A DNA stretch of 64,000 nucleotides, taken from contig JASCQW010000190.1 in the NCBI GenBank assembly GCA_030264375.1, positions 70,396,930-70,460,929 of the forward strand, read 5' to 3'. Within the stretch, counting starts at the first letter, position 1. Each line of letters begins with the position of its first letter. This DNA is from Carcharhinus longimanus (lineage: Eukaryota). The notes under the pieces are model-generated. The model searched no databases, had not been told where the DNA came from, and saw only the letters and a list, made by a program, of their open reading frames with translations. Shown one piece after another: positions 1-13,824 of this stretch. The position numbers and the translations under genes are program-made.

Positions 1-335
1 CACACCCACACATACTCACAACGACTCACCCACACAGAATCACACCCACACACACTCACACCCACTCACCCATCCACAATCACACCCACTCACCCATCCA
101 CAATCATACCCACTCACCCACACACAATCACACCCACTCACAATCAGACCCACTCACCCACACACAATCACATCCACTCACCCACACATAATCACACCTA
201 TTCACCCACACACAATCAGACCCACTCACTTCACATCAATGCATAATCAATCACACCCACTCAGACCCACACCCAATCACACCCACTTACCCACACACCA
301 ACACACAATCACACCAACTCACATCACACAGCCCT
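1..335. repeat. CA-rich degenerate minisatellite (unit like cacacccactcacccacacacaat)
   Basis: Repeated cacccactcac and cacaatcac units, almost no G; runs off the window start. Confidence 0.9.
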
Positions 336-949
336 ACACGTATTGTATTGTGGATAAGACTGAGTGAGTAAAGATCAAGAGATTGAGAGTGAGCGAGACA
401 GACTGTGTCCCTCTCACACTTCAATGCTGATCTTTATTAATTCCTCTTTTTAAATTATTGATTTATTGCTTTGATATTGCTTCATTTCTGCTCAACAAGT
501 TGTTATTTTTTCTTCACAACTCAATTTTATTTGAAATTCATCTTTTGAATGAAAATAAATGGAAATGTAACTCCTGCAAGTGAAAAGTTGGACAAGTCTT
601 TGCTATAACCAAGTTTGATGTACAAGTACCAGTCTCTGACAACATTCACATTGAAAGATCATAACAACCAAGAGCAGAATTAGGCCACTTGCCCATTGAG
701 TTCGCTTCTCCACCCAAACAGATCATGACGAACCTGTTCTCCCCAAATCCGCCAACAATCAAAAATCCATCCACCTCAATCCTGAGTATACCAGTTACTT
801 CGCCTTCTCCACTTCCCATTGTAGAGAACCCCAAGGACCAACAACAACCCCAAGAAAAGGAAACCCTTTCCCAAATTCATCCCAAATGGAAGACCCACAT
901 GAAAGTTTAGGTGTCAGAATCTGCTAGCTTTCCAACAGAATGATGGTTT

Positions 950-1121
950 CTTTATGATAACAATGGTGTCCAGTGATAGATCATGTACAGGGGATGGTTA
1001 TATTTACATTACCGATGGTATGTAACAAATACAAACTTTATGATAACAATGGTGTCCAGTGATAGTTCATGTACAGGGAATGGTTGTATTTACATTACCG
1101 ATGGTATGTAACAAATGCAAA
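950..1121. repeat. Tandem duplication, 2 x 86 bp
   Basis: ctttatgataacaatggtgtccagtgatag... starts at 950 and again at 1036; about 4 substitutions between copies. Confidence 0.95.
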
Positions 1122-1174
1122 TTGAGGTTTGGTGTTAATGGTGTTAAGTTAATAGTGTTAAGCATACCATCAAT

Positions 1175-1500
1175 TTTTTATTCATGGGACTTGGGCATTG
1201 CTGGCTGGCCAGCATTTATTGCCCATCCCTTATTCAGAGGGCAGTTGAGAGTCAACCACATTACTTTGGCTCTGGAGTCACATGTATGCCAGACCAGGTA
1301 GGGATGGCAAATTTCCTTCCCTAAAGAACATTAGTAAACCAAATGGGTTCTTCCGACAATCAACTATGGTTTCCTGGTCATCAGTAGATTTTTAATTCCA
1401 GATATTTTTTACAGAATTCAAATCCACCACCTGCTGTGGTGAAATTCGAACCCATGTCCTCAGAACATTAGCTGAGATTCTGGATTAATTGTCTAGCGCC
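1175..1500 (-). mobile_element. tRNA-derived SINE with LINE-shared 3' tail (family B)
   Basis: Reverse complement of the 10735-11070 element: ccagcatttattgcccatccc tail, ttccttccctaaag body, ttcgaaccc B-box. Confidence 0.85.
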
Positions 1501-3024
1501 TCTCCAAACATTGAACATTGGACAATCAATATTAATCGGGGATACACCAATGCATATTTTGCTTCAGTCTGAACAATACCCCTGTAAGTTACTCCTTGTA
1601 AGTTTAGTGTCACCATCAGAAAACAATAATCAGTAACTAAACCGTTCAAGTATGCATTTGAGGTGCGATGAGGGAATGAAATGCAAGTTCCATGGTAAAT
1701 TGAATGTTCATTGGTACATGTTAACAGTGAGGTCACACACTGCCAAAAGACATGCCTTTAAGTATCAGAATAACAGTAATGGTGAAGGAATCTATGAACT
1801 AACCAACTCAGTGAAATGTTGTGACCATATCAACCCAATAGTAAATTGTATTGGGGAATCTTCAATTCAAAGTTTAAACCGGTGCAAAAAGAGAAGCATT
1901 TCCATCCAAGCACAACTTTCCAATTCAAGCCCAGGCTAACAATTACTGGCTACTTCATATTCAGATTGCAGTGTTCTTTTATACTTTGTGCTGTCAGTAA
2001 TTTTCCTGCTCTGTATGTGTCTGCCTGTACTTGGTTATAAAACTTTTTCCCCTCATATTAAATATGATGAATGATCAATGCTGTCGCAACTACACTGGAT
2101 GCCTGGGTCTTTGCCCTTGCTTTCAGAAATGTTGATCGGCACCATAAACAAATGCCCACAGCTAAGAATATTTAACGCAGAACAAAATCTATCTTCCCAC
2201 AACCTGCATTTGTGACAGCACAAAAACGCATTCAAGCCTGAATATGCATTAAAAACACAATTTAGATCCACAGAATGATAGAGAATCAGGCAAACTGTGT
2301 ACTAGTGTTCTCTCGCACTGAGAAGCTGTTGAACCATGTCTCACGTTACCTTTTTATGCTTCTGTAGAGCCTGCTCCATGTCAGGCCACTATCAGTAAGG
2401 TGAAAAATGCTTTCCAGTTCTCATATGGCTTTAAGCCAAATACCGACAGTTCAATGCATTTTTAAAATTCAATGAAGATCTCTATCATATTTTTAGCGAA
2501 GGCACATGCATAATTTTCCACGTCCACACATTTTGAAAGGAATCAAATGTTTGATAAGAGGAAGTTTGGATAAAACTAAGGACTTTTTTTTAAAGAAGTT
2601 ATTGATATCTAGATTTTTAGCTGCACTGAAAATTATGTTGAGGTTAATTGTTGTAGTTTACTTGTGACTTTTCAGACTGATCCCCTTTTTTCCAATCACG
2701 TCAATTGCATCAAAAATGTCCTTTACCCCAGTAATTTTCTGCTGAATTAAACATAATGGGGAATAGCAGCTTAACCATGCCAAACTGCATCTATCCAGAA
2801 GAATAATGCCATGTTGTAGGTTACCATACATCATTTACAGTACATAAAGTACAATTAGAAAAGTGAATATTGGCAGAGAACAATTTTATTTTCACCAAAT
2901 GCTGACTAGTTACAAAATATGGGGCCAATTTTGCATCCGAGGCTTCTAACCATTGGAGAAAGTTCAAAACTCAGTTGTAAACACGGCATGGCCAATCATT
3001 CTAAGGAAAAGTATTTAACTTGAT

Positions 3025-3860
3025 CTAGCAGCTTTCACAAACACAGGCCATCACCAGGGGTGTTTCAGCTAATGAAGGACTTTTTTGAAATTTTGAAATG
3101 CTGTTATATGTAGGAAATGCGGCAGCCAATTTGCATAGCAAGCTCCCACCACCCCAATACCCATCCTGCCTTGCACACCCAATCCTCTTACCATCCCCCT
3201 CTGCCCACCACAATCACATCCACTCACATGGTGACTGAGTGGAGATCAAGAAATTGAGAGCCAGACAAACAGACTCTGCCCCTCTCACATTGCAGATCTT
3301 TATTAATTAATCTTTGTAAACTATTCATTTGTTACTTCGACATTACCCAAACAGTAATGACATATACAACCAGCTCATCTGTTTTAGTGATTTTGGTTGA
3401 GAGATAGATATTGACCAGGATGTAGAAACTAGAAGTAGGAGTAGGCCATTCAGCCCTTTGAGCCTGCTACACCATTCATTTTGATGATGGCTGATCTTCA
3501 AATTCAATATCCTCCTCCCCCAAATCCTTGATCCCATTAGCCCAAGAGCTATATCTAATTTCTTCTTCTTGAATTCAAACGTTTTGACTTTTCAGCTACT
3601 TTCTGTAGTAGTGAATTCCACAAATTCACCACTCCAACACTGTACTCTGGAATAACTCATACTTTTCTTGGGATTGCCCTGCAGTACATCTTACATTCAC
3701 CTGAGAGGGTAGATGGGGTCTCCATTTACAGTCTCATTGTAAAAACTGCACTTCTTTCAGTGCTGCACTGAGATATCAGCCCTGAATCTGTGAATTGTAT
3801 TTCTGGAAAGAGACTCGCACCCACAATCTTCTGAATCAGAAGTGAAGGTGCAACCACTGA
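3025..3860 (-). mobile_element. DeuSINE (SacSINE1/AmnSINE1-like), split by two later insertions
   Basis: Pieces gtaggaaatgcggcagccaatttgc (3110), gttgagagatagatattgaccagga (3396) and ttacattcacctgagaggg (3690) match the reverse complement of the Deu domain in the correct order; tRNA-like head near 3810-3860. Confidence 0.7.
3421..3632 (-). mobile_element. CR1 LINE 3' tail fragment
   Basis: aggagtaggccattcagccctttgagcctgct, the reverse complement of the CR1 3' end; ORF shadow RLKGLNGLLLL. Confidence 0.85.
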
Positions 3861-3959
3861 CCTGGAAAGGTCACCTTAGTTCATCTATCAGATTGGATTA
3901 TAACCAGAGTCCAGAAAGCACAGGCATGTTCAAAAATATTATGACAACAGTCCAAAATT

Positions 3960-4855
3960 ATTCTTCCTGCTACATTTTCAGCTGCTTAATCAATGAATTT
4001 CCTTTCATCATGACATCAGAAAAAAGGATGTTTGCTGATGATTGTGCAATATCAGACACCATCACAACTCCTCAGATACTGAAGCAGTCCACGCCGATAT
4101 GTTAGAAGACCTGGGCAACATTCAGGCTTGGGCTGATAAGTGGCAAATAACATTTGTGCCACACAAGTGCCAAGTAATGACCATTTCCAACATGGGAGAA
4201 TCTAACCAGTGCTCCTTGACAGTCCATGACATTACCATCACTGAAGTCCCTATATCAACAAGCTAAGGTTACCATTGATCAGAAACTGAACTTGGCCAGA
4301 CATATAAGTACTGTGGCTACACGAGCAGGTCAGAAGCTTAGGAATTCTGCAATGAGTTACTCACCTCCTTACTTTCAAAAGACTGTCTATCATCTACAAG
4401 GCATATGTCAGGAGTGTGATGGAAAACTCTCCACTTGTCTGGATGAGTGCAGCTCCAACATCACTCAAGAAGCACTGCAACATCTAGTGCAAAGCATTCT
4501 GCTTGATTGGTGCCCCATCCATCACCTTAAATGTTCACTCCCTCCACCACTAATGCACAGTAGCAGCGGTGAGTGCCATCTATAAGATGCAGCAACTCAC
4601 CAAGGTTCCTTCAAAAGCATCTTCCAAACTCACAAACTCTACTACCTAGGAGGACAAGGGCAGTAGATGCATGGAAACCCACACCCCAAGTTCTCCTCCA
4701 AGCCTCACACCATCTTAACTTGGAACTCACCCTCCCTAACATTACTGTCAATGTACCTACACCACATGAACAGGAGGGCTCAAGAAGGCAGCTCACCACC
4801 ACCTTCTCAAGGACAATTAGCAATAGGCGATAAATGCTCAAGTGAGAATAAATGA
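3960..4855 (+). mobile_element. CR1-group LINE, 3' part (decayed RT C-terminus and tail)
   Basis: Frameshifted RT motifs MFADDC and DLGNIQAWADKWQITFVPHKCQVMTISN; tail ggcagctcaccaccaccttctcaagg...aaatgct. Confidence 0.9.
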
Positions 4856-5659
4856 AAACAATAGTGCAATGGTAATATGAGTGATTGCTTGGTCTTTTTA
4901 CAAGTTTGCATCTTCCATATGTTAATTTACCAGTGCTAAATCTTCCTAGCTCTGCGACATTCTACCATCTTTTGCATTAAATGCACAAACTTGAAGCACA
5001 TTTGAAGTAATTTTAAGCACTTCCTATCCAATAGACTATTATTTAGTTATAGATTTGCAACAAACAAATTGTGCTATAGGGGATTTCAAAGTATTGAGGT
5101 TTCTTACAATGTACTGCAATTTGAATAATATTTGTCAACAATCCTATCCAATCTAACTATGTGGTATCAGATAATTAAATTAAAGGGGGAAAAAAGTATG
5201 ATCTGAATGGAAATTGCATGTTATCCAACTTTTTTATCTAGCAAATGGAGCTTAAGATCTAGAATATAAAGGTGTGGCCCATATGTGTCGCAACTGGAAA
5301 TGTGGGACATGGCGTGTAATGATATAATGATTGTCACAGAATGTAAATAGCTAATAGTTTTGTTGTAGTACTGAGTTAACAAGGTGCTAATTGGTTAACT
5401 GGGAGTGAACTGGATATAAAGCAGACACTCAAAGGGGCTGTAGGGCATAAGAACCAAAGAGAATGGTGATGGGTTTGGACCTGACAATGGACAGTTTTAT
5501 TCTTTACAAAGAATAGACAGAACTACCGCCAACCATGGATATGTTTAATTTTTAAATTAAGGTATTGAGGAAAGGAAATCCAAATTATGAAAGAAATCAA
5601 TTGCTTATAAGCAGCACTGAGAGGCTATGCCTATCAGAAAAGACAAAACAGGCTCAAAG

Positions 5660-6315
5660 CAATTTTCTCAAGCAAGAGAAGGTTGAGGGAGGGGTGACCT
5701 AATAGAAGTTTTTAAAATTAGGGAAGTGTTTCATAAGGTAGAGATGCACACTGGTTAACACTGCCACCTCACAGCACCTGGGATCCGGGTTCGATTCCCG
5801 GCTTGGGTCACTGTTTATGTGGAGTTTGCATGTTCTCCCCATGTCTGCGTGGGTTTCCTCCGGGTGCTCTGGTTTTCTCCCACAGTCTGAAAGATTGTTG
5901 GTTAGGTACATTGGCCATGCTAAATACTCCTTCAGTATACAAAAACAGGTTCCTGAATTGGCGACTAGAGTATTTTCACAGTAACGTCATTGCAGAGTTA
6001 ATGTAAGCCTAGACTTGACTAATAAATAAACATTTTTTAACTTTAAAAAAAATGAACAGCCATCAATAGAAAATAGTCACTAATAAATTCAATAAGCAAT
6101 TCAGGAGAATGTATAGAATGTTAAATTTGCTATCACATAGAGTGATTGAAGAGAATATTATTGATCTCTTTGAGGGGAAGCTAAATAAGCATAAGGGAAA
6201 GAAAAGAATAGAAGGAAATGCTGATAATATTACATGAGGCTGGGTGGGAAGAGGTTGTATGGAGTATAAATGTTGGTATAGATCTGTTGGGGAAAATGGT
6301 CTGTCCCTATGCTTC
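5660..6315 (+). mobile_element. CR1 3' fragment interrupted by a V-SINE
   Basis: agagaaggttgagg...gacctaatagaagtttttaaaatt before the SINE; ...tttgaggggaagctaaataag...gatctgttggggaaaatggtctgt after it. Confidence 0.7.
5748..6035 (+). mobile_element. V-SINE (HE1-like)
   Basis: tRNA head with B-box ggttcgattcc; V-domain gcgtgggtttcctccgggtgctctggttttctcccacag; tail ending aataaataaa. Confidence 0.92.
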
Positions 6316-8634
6316 AGATCTAATTTAACAAGGGTTTTATTTGCAAAGTCATATACCATAATAAAAGATGTGGTTAACTCCACTATTATGCAAGATTGTC
6401 AAATGATTTTAAACACTATTTTATGCACAACCTCACTAAATGCAGGGGCATTCAAGGCTCCGCCAACAATCTCAGCATCAGCAGATTGATTGCCTCAGGT
6501 TTAACTCCTGAGAGGCGACAGATAGAGAATGGCCAGTTGTTACTGCAATCAGTACTCTAATGAGATAGCTAAGTGTGTCTAGCCAATTTACATAGGCTGA
6601 TCCAAAGGTGCAACTTTACTAGCTAGCTATTGAGAATTGATTTTTTTTGGCAACAAATCATTTTGGTGCTCCAAACCTTTAAGGCACTTCAAGGTATACA
6701 ATCAGAAAGAAGTTGAGGGGCCAACAACAATATTTGTTGTTATCAGTTCTTAATTCCTGGGTACAGTGACAGAAAACTTCACAGTTTTGTTTGGTGACTG
6801 TAGGACTTTGGAAGTAGCTTAATGACTGCCTTCTCATTTAATAATGACATTATACTGTGTANNNNNNNNNNNNNNNNNNNNNNTTCCTCCAATTCTTACT
6901 TGATTTAATTTCCCTGCTGCTCAGATGTTCCCCAGACAGTTGCTTCCAAACAAGTTCAACTATTGATAGGGATATAGATGAAGCCAATATGAAAGTCATA
7001 AAGTATGACATATGAACATGGATTTTAAACCCTCAATCATCTGAAAATATTTGTATAAGGACTGCTGTTGAGGAGTGTTGCCTCATTTTTGCTGCAATTA
7101 TTATTGGCTTACATATGCCAATTAATATTTTAACATGAATGCAGTGACATAAAACGTATGAAGAAATTAAAATCAATAACTTAAGGACTTGGTGGTGTGC
7201 TCCCTTTTTCCAGCTATAAGTTTGACAATTATGGTCACTTTCATTTCTGTGAGTATTAGTAACTGTTTCCTGGCTCTGCTTTTGCCTTTATCCATTCACC
7301 GTAGATCTTTGCTTAACCACCTGTGCATATATCAACCTTAGAAGGTCATTAACACATCTCATTAAGTTCTGACATTTTGAAAATGTTGGAATGTATTTGT
7401 CCGTGGCTTTTTAGTGCTTACTTCAGTTGGGCAATATTCCTTTATTTAATTTTAATGGATGTTTCAACAAAACAGAAACCTCCATCTTTGAGATCTGCAT
7501 AGGTAATAAATTGCTTTTAATTTCGTTGCATTCAGCCCCACTACACATGTTCACAAAAAGACCAAGTGGGCCATTTCCCATTGTTAAGCTATTTAATTTG
7601 TCCTATTACATGTCGTATCTCATTCGATGGCTTTACTATAGTGGTGGCAAATTACTATGGGAAAAGATCGAAAATGCTGTTCTAATGGCTGGGTAGTAAA
7701 TATATGTAATTATTGTGCTATTACTGTACAAACAGTTTTAATAGCTAAAGATTGATATAGGCGGCTAAATTCTTTATACATATGCCTCATTTTTTAAGGA
7801 ACAACACTGTAAAGTGACTAAATGATCTGAGTAAAAAAGACTTTTGTGTTCTGTTAAAATCATTAATTGCCTTCAAAAAATCCACCCTGTTATGGGAAGG
7901 ATCCCAACTCTTCTGCAGAATTTGTACATATGATATTCAGGAACAGTTGGCACTGAATAATATTCAGAGTTAAACAGGAAGCTAATGCATGAAGTACAGA
8001 ATGAATGCCATAATTTGTGCATAATCCCTACTTTTCTTTTCATTTCTTTGGCTACATTAACGTTTACAGGAACAACGATGAAACCAATCTGACTTAATAT
8101 ATCACCATAAAGAATCATACGAATGTTGATTTTTAAATGATTTTGCTACCCATTTGAAATGCATTTTCAATTAGTGCTTTTTTTGCATACAATTTAAAAA
8201 CAGCATTACTGTAGCAAATTCATATAGTGTTGGGTGTTCCTAGTTTATTACCAGATATTGCTTTTCGCAACATGCAATGTAAATACAAAGGAAGAATTAC
8301 TATTAGTATTTCATGCAGAATGGTTAAGCTTTAATATAAGCCTTGGCAAGTGCCAAGCTTGTGATAATTCTTTTGTATATTGAACCCTTTACATAAGGAA
8401 GAAATGTTAGAGTGATCTCAGGGATGTAATTTCTCAAGATATTCAGTGTGATTGAAGCAGTCAGTCAATTTTTCCCTCATAATGACTATCAAATCTTATA
8501 ACATAAAACAATCGAGTTTCCACCTGCTGTTGATAAGAGATATTTACAGGACACAAATTCAAAAAAATCAAATTGCATGGCTTGAATTTTTCCTTCCAAT
8601 GAAAAGCTTGAGAATTTTGTTAATGTGGTTGGAG

Positions 8635-8750
8635 CAACATAGGAGCTGGAGTAAGCCATTCAGCCCATTTAGCCTGCTTTGCCATTTAGTTAGATCATGG
8701 CTGAACATGTACCTCAACACCACTTTCCCATGCTATCTCCATATTAATTG
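8635..8750 (-). mobile_element. CR1 3' tail fragment
   Basis: aacataggagctggagtaagccattcagccc...agatcatggctga. Confidence 0.75.
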
Positions 8751-8902
8751 ATATATTTTTTACAATTAATACAATTATGTCATTAGGAGTAATGTACAGG
8801 ATTTCTAGGCATTTTTGATTTTATTTAAATGTTGCTAATAATCTTACTCATATTTTAATAATTAACCTAAAAATAATTTAGAGGGCATCTTTTTTTCTAA
8901 AT

Positions 8903-9325
8903 CATTCTCATAATGCGAATGTCACTTGCAAGGCTGGCATTTATTGTTGTCTTTAGTGAGGGTGGTGGGAGGCCACCTCCTTGAAACATTGCAGTAACAG
9001 TTTGATGCAACTGAATGCAATGCTAGGCTCCAGTTCAGGGGGTAGTTAAGAGTCAACCATTTTGGTATGGGACGAGAGTCACAATGTGTCACAACTGGTT
9101 AAGATGGCAGGTTTCCTTCTCTAAAAATTGTAAGCATGTTTTTTTATGACAATCTGACCAACTTCATGGTCAGATTTACTGATATCAACTTTTTATTTCC
9201 AGATTTTGTTAAAAGCTGAATTCAAATCTACAAACTGCCATGGTGAAATATACACTTCTTGGAATACAAGTTCAGGTCTCTTGACTGCTGGTTGCACATC
9301 ATAGCTATGGCACTACAATCCTCAG
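8903..9325 (-). mobile_element. tRNA-derived SINE family B, diverged
   Basis: ggcatttattg tail, ttaagagtcaacca and gatggcaggtttccttc body, gaattcaaat. Confidence 0.75.
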
Positions 9326-9897
9326 TAAAGTAAATTAGATGGGCCAGGGGATGGTTAGGACCTACACAATCTAATAGGTATGATAAAAACAGGAGATTTT
9401 TCATAGCTGAAAGGAAAATTGTGCAGCGTGAATATTTTTGGACATTCATTTTTTAGGGAAATTTGGTCAACTCTAGTGAAAGTGCTGTTGATAAATGTAA
9501 TACAAATCCAGACAGAAATTCTTGGACCTTCCCTTATTTCATTTATTTATAGTCCTTTTGCCCATTAGTAAATCAGCTTTTTGAGGTCTGAGCTGTATTT
9601 TATTTGCCTACTGAAGAAAGAGTTAAACTGTTTGAGGGCAGCCTGTCTATAAAACATTATTTGAAACCATTAGTTTGTTAACAATCATGCACTAGGGTCA
9701 ACCTCAGGCTCAGGATAAATTTTATCATTGTTTCCCTCATAAATACAAGATTTATCCCCTAATATGGAACACGGTCTCCAGCACATGATTAAGTACCTTT
9801 TATGTTAGTGTGTCCAGTAGTACACATCCCAAAGACTGGAGTTTCAATACTGATGCACAATATATAGAAATAATTTCACCCCTGAAAGTGATAACCA

Positions 9898-10040
9898 AAA
9901 ACATACAAACATATGGGTTATTCAGCCCGTTGAGCTTACTCTGCCAGTCAGTTAAATGATAGGTAATCTGTACCTCAATTCTATTGACTTGCTTCAGCTA
10001 TATAACTCCTCACCTAACAAAAATCAATCGATCAATTTAA
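9898..10040 (-). mobile_element. CR1 3' tail fragment, old
   Basis: aaacatacaaacata microsatellite end followed by attcagcccgttgagctt. Confidence 0.6.
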
Positions 10041-10734
10041 ATTCTTTTGAACATGTTACCAGTCTTCTTTCAAGTCCACTTCTTCTATGCACAGACCTTC
10101 AAAGGGATTTTCTAATGAAGCCATGACACAGTGAAGAGAAGTTGGTTTAAAATCATAATCCTTTTTTTGCGCAGAATATTATTTTTTTCCACAAGGAATG
10201 AATCTAATGTAAAAGTGCAAGAATCGTGTTCTTCCCTTCGAATGAGTCATTCACTCTGCTGAAATTCATGGAATACAATTTCCTGTTTAATCATTTGTTT
10301 AATAGCTACTGTATATGGTTTATATTACACATAAGTTAAACCAGTGGATCAAAGTCTTGAAACAGAGGAGGATTCTGCTTCAAGACAAAAAAACCCAACT
10401 TCAATTACTATTTTCAGGGAGGAGGAGTCAGAACAAAGAGTGCAAAGGAAATGCAGAGGATAAGATTGGAGTTGGAAATTTTAATTTCACCATGATGAAG
10501 ACATGAATACGAAAAAAATCTTCTGGTCAGATATAATTAAACAACACCGTATTTTCATTTTTTAGTACGTCAGAACCACTCGTCCCTCTGTGTAATTCCC
10601 TTCATGTATGCTCACTAATGAGGATGCCAGCCCTAATTATTTTGCAGAATATGTTGAGAGGTCACTTCTGCTGTCTGTTTTCCCCAACTCTACCTGTGCT
10701 TCTGCTTCTCAGAAGTGTACGTAGGTCATTTAGG

Positions 10735-11070
10735 GGGAAGCACTGACACAGTGGTATTGTCAGTGGATTAGTAATCCAAAGACCCAGGAAGATATTCTGG
10801 GGAACTGGGTTTGAATCCACTATGGCAGATGATGAAATTTGAATTTAATTAAAATAAAATCTGGGATTAAAAGTTTAAAGATGACCATGAAACCATTGTT
10901 GATTGTTGTAAAAATCCATTTTCTTCACTAATGTCCTTTAGGGAAGGAAATCTGTTTTCCTTACCTGGTCTGGCCTACATGTGGCCCCAGATCCACAGCA
11001 ATGTGCTTGACTCTTGATTGTCCTCAGGGATGGGCAATAAATGCTGGCATCCCATGAACGAATAAAAACA
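10735..11070 (+). mobile_element. tRNA-derived SINE family B, full length
   Basis: A-box-like cagtggtattgtc, B-box gggtttgaatcc, body ttcactaatgtcctttagggaaggaaatctg, tail gggatgggcaataaatgctggc. Confidence 0.9.
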
Positions 11071-12670
11071 AAATTACTTTCCTTGATGTTTTAATAGACA
11101 CTTTTCATTCATCATGCCATCTCTTAATCTGGAAAAAAGAACAACAGACAGCAGTGCAATTCTGATACAAAAAGTACACTAGTGCAATTCTGGTACAAAA
11201 AACACAGTAAAAAACATAAACAAACATGAATGGCATATTACAAGGAAGGGTCACTGAATTAACCCCAATTATAATTTTTAATGTGCTTTAGTAAAATCAT
11301 CATTCAAATAAACACTAATGTAGCCTCTATATGAATGTGGTAAGGAAAGCATAATTGTACTTTATATTGTTTTGGGATAAATTGGAATAGAAATTATAAA
11401 GCAAAATGACAGTGGTGCTTATAAATGAAATTCAGATTTGCCACTGCATTGGATCTTGTACAGAGTAAAAGCACTAATCAACTCATTTCCAACCCTACTG
11501 TTATTAAGTCTGTGTCTTCCTAACTATACAATCATTTGCCATTTGTGCAACCAATGAATTACATAAAATCAACTATTGGTTCTGTCCTCCTGATTTCTGA
11601 CAGTTTGACCCAGATTTTGTTAATAACTTAGAATTTTAAAAGACCTTCTTATGCAAGATCTGTAATTATAGGTTTCAATAATTGGATATTTAATATGTTA
11701 TAAGGAAAATATGCTCCATCTTATTGGTTTATGAAATTAGAATTTGTTGTAAATTCACCATTTCATAAATGCATTTAAAATGCACCCGAATAACAACAAT
11801 TTTGGAATGAACTGCAATAAATACTGGATCGTGGCGTTTTATGGATTAATCCAATGTTCACAAAGGGCAATGCTTCATTCAATCCGTAGTGTGTATTTGA
11901 TGTTAGAAATGTGAATTATGTGCTGGAACACTGTCGCTTTCTTTCAGCTTAACTTCTGAAAGGGCTGTTTGTCTTTCAAGATCCAAATCTCTTTTCATTT
12001 GTGTAATTTTAAAAAAATGATTACTAAGATAACATATGTCGAAAACTCAACATTTATCAATTTGTAGTACTTCAAAATAAACAACAAAATGTAGTTTTGA
12101 TAGATATTCGATCTTGGTGCATCATGTTAACTGTTTAAAATTATTTGTTATTTATTTTTAAACTTTACAGGCGCTACATGCTTTGAACAAATATGTTTCC
12201 TCGCCATCAAGCGTGCTGTTCCAGAGTAATAACATTTGATCTGCACATGAAATATTTTGCACTTTTGATTGTAACTAGCTGAGAACATCTTATTACAACC
12301 GGAAGTTGTCGCCATCAATATATTTAAAAACTCGATGCTCAAACTTATGTACCTAATTCAGAGTCACTAAAATAACAAATATTCTTAAACTCAACATCCG
12401 AGCATCAGTATGTTTTAACTGCTTTCGCTCAATTTATCTGCGCTCAGAAATGATGCAAAAGTTTTACAACTTGTTCTTTAATCCAACATATAGTTAGTCA
12501 ACACAAAAGTCACTTCAGTGGCAAAATGTGTGACGATATAAGGCATGTATTCCAATGTCACAGGTATATTTTCAATCCACAAAATCTAAAATATGGAGCG
12601 TTGAGGAAATATCTCAATTCCCACACCACCGCCCCCCCCCGCCCCGCCTCTCTCCCCCCGCTAATATAGA

Positions 12671-12770
12671 TTCCACATTACAATAGCGTCGACACCTCAC
12701 CGGTGTTTCATTGGATTTAAAGCGCCTTGGAATGTCTCATTATGAAAGGTGCTATATAAATGCAGTTTTT
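12671..12770 (+). mobile_element. DeuSINE 3' tail fragment
   Basis: cattacaa...ttcattggatttaaagcgccttggaatgtc...tgaaaggtgctatataaatgca. Confidence 0.7.
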
Positions 12771-13824
12771 TTCGCAGTGTATCTGATAGACCTGGTTCCT
12801 TTTTCACGTCGAAGAAAACACATGACAAGATGCTTAAAACCCCAAATTCTTAACGCCATGATGAGGAGACAATGTGAATAGAATGTGAATCGACTGCTTC
12901 CAGATTGAAAGGCGCAAGTCAGTGATTTTTTTTTCTGAAATGGTACATGGATATATATATTAAAATGGTACACTAGCAAAGGCTCTGGTGAGATGTGTTA
13001 GCAAATTCTTGCTAATTCAATTCCTTCCATGGTGAGGTGATTGAGAAATTGTCTTTTGCACAGACCGACCGTGCATATAAAAATCCAGACCTTGGAACTT
13101 TTGTTTGCTACCCTCATGTGTGCAAAAATGCAAGCAGTCTCGTGGGATCCGACACAAATATTTTGTGAAGTGAAATCAAATCAAAAGCAGCTAATGGAAA
13201 ATATTATCGTGCAGTAACTGGTGTGAAAGCCACTCTGGTTCAAAATTTGCAAAATTCTATGAGAAAGTAATTGCCAGATGAAACAGAAGTTGGCACAGTC
13301 TGCTCAAGTAATCTTGTTAATTCTTTCAGTGCTATTGATGATTATGATGAAGAAATATATGTAACAAAATTAAATTGTGATGCTTTTAACATCTGTTTTT
13401 TTGCCTTGAGAGGAACTCAATCAACCTTTTATTATCTTTAAATGAGAAATTCTTCCAAATGAATAGTTGTGACAGAGTGGGTTCACATAGTACCAGGTAG
13501 AACTGAAATACTCAGCCAAGAGAGGGAGAAAGATAATGGCTTGCACTTTCCGTTTCAATTTCAGTTCTCCCATTTGACCGAAGACTGACATTGGCTCAGG
13601 TCTTGGGGATACTTGCTTGTCACCAGCCTCTCTTTAACAGACTCCGTTGTGGGGGCAACCTAGTAATGACAATGCAAATAGTATATGTCTCAAAAATAAT
13701 TCTGCCTTATAAAAAGGACCCGACCAATAACCAACTTTAACAGTCGTAATAAAGGGATAGCTGATAAAGAAACATAAAAAATAAAAACATATTCGAAAGA
13801 GTAAGGACAGTGGAATACTGAAAT

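Noticed and set aside
689-910. Pro/Ser/Gln-rich 73 aa ORF
   Set aside because: Non-ATG start, compositional bias, no domain or splice evidence; possibly a TE fragment.
1-1121. CRISPR-like or other repeat-spacer array
   Set aside because: The repeats are a minisatellite and a simple two-copy duplication with no unique spacers; vertebrate context and no cas genes.
5290-5460. LTR-like segment with a TATAAA box
   Set aside because: No definable ends and no second copy in the window.
11152-11205. Short direct repeat agtgcaattctg.tacaaaaa (also aggggtgaccact twice at about 47000-47032)
   Set aside because: Ordinary slippage-type micro-duplications.
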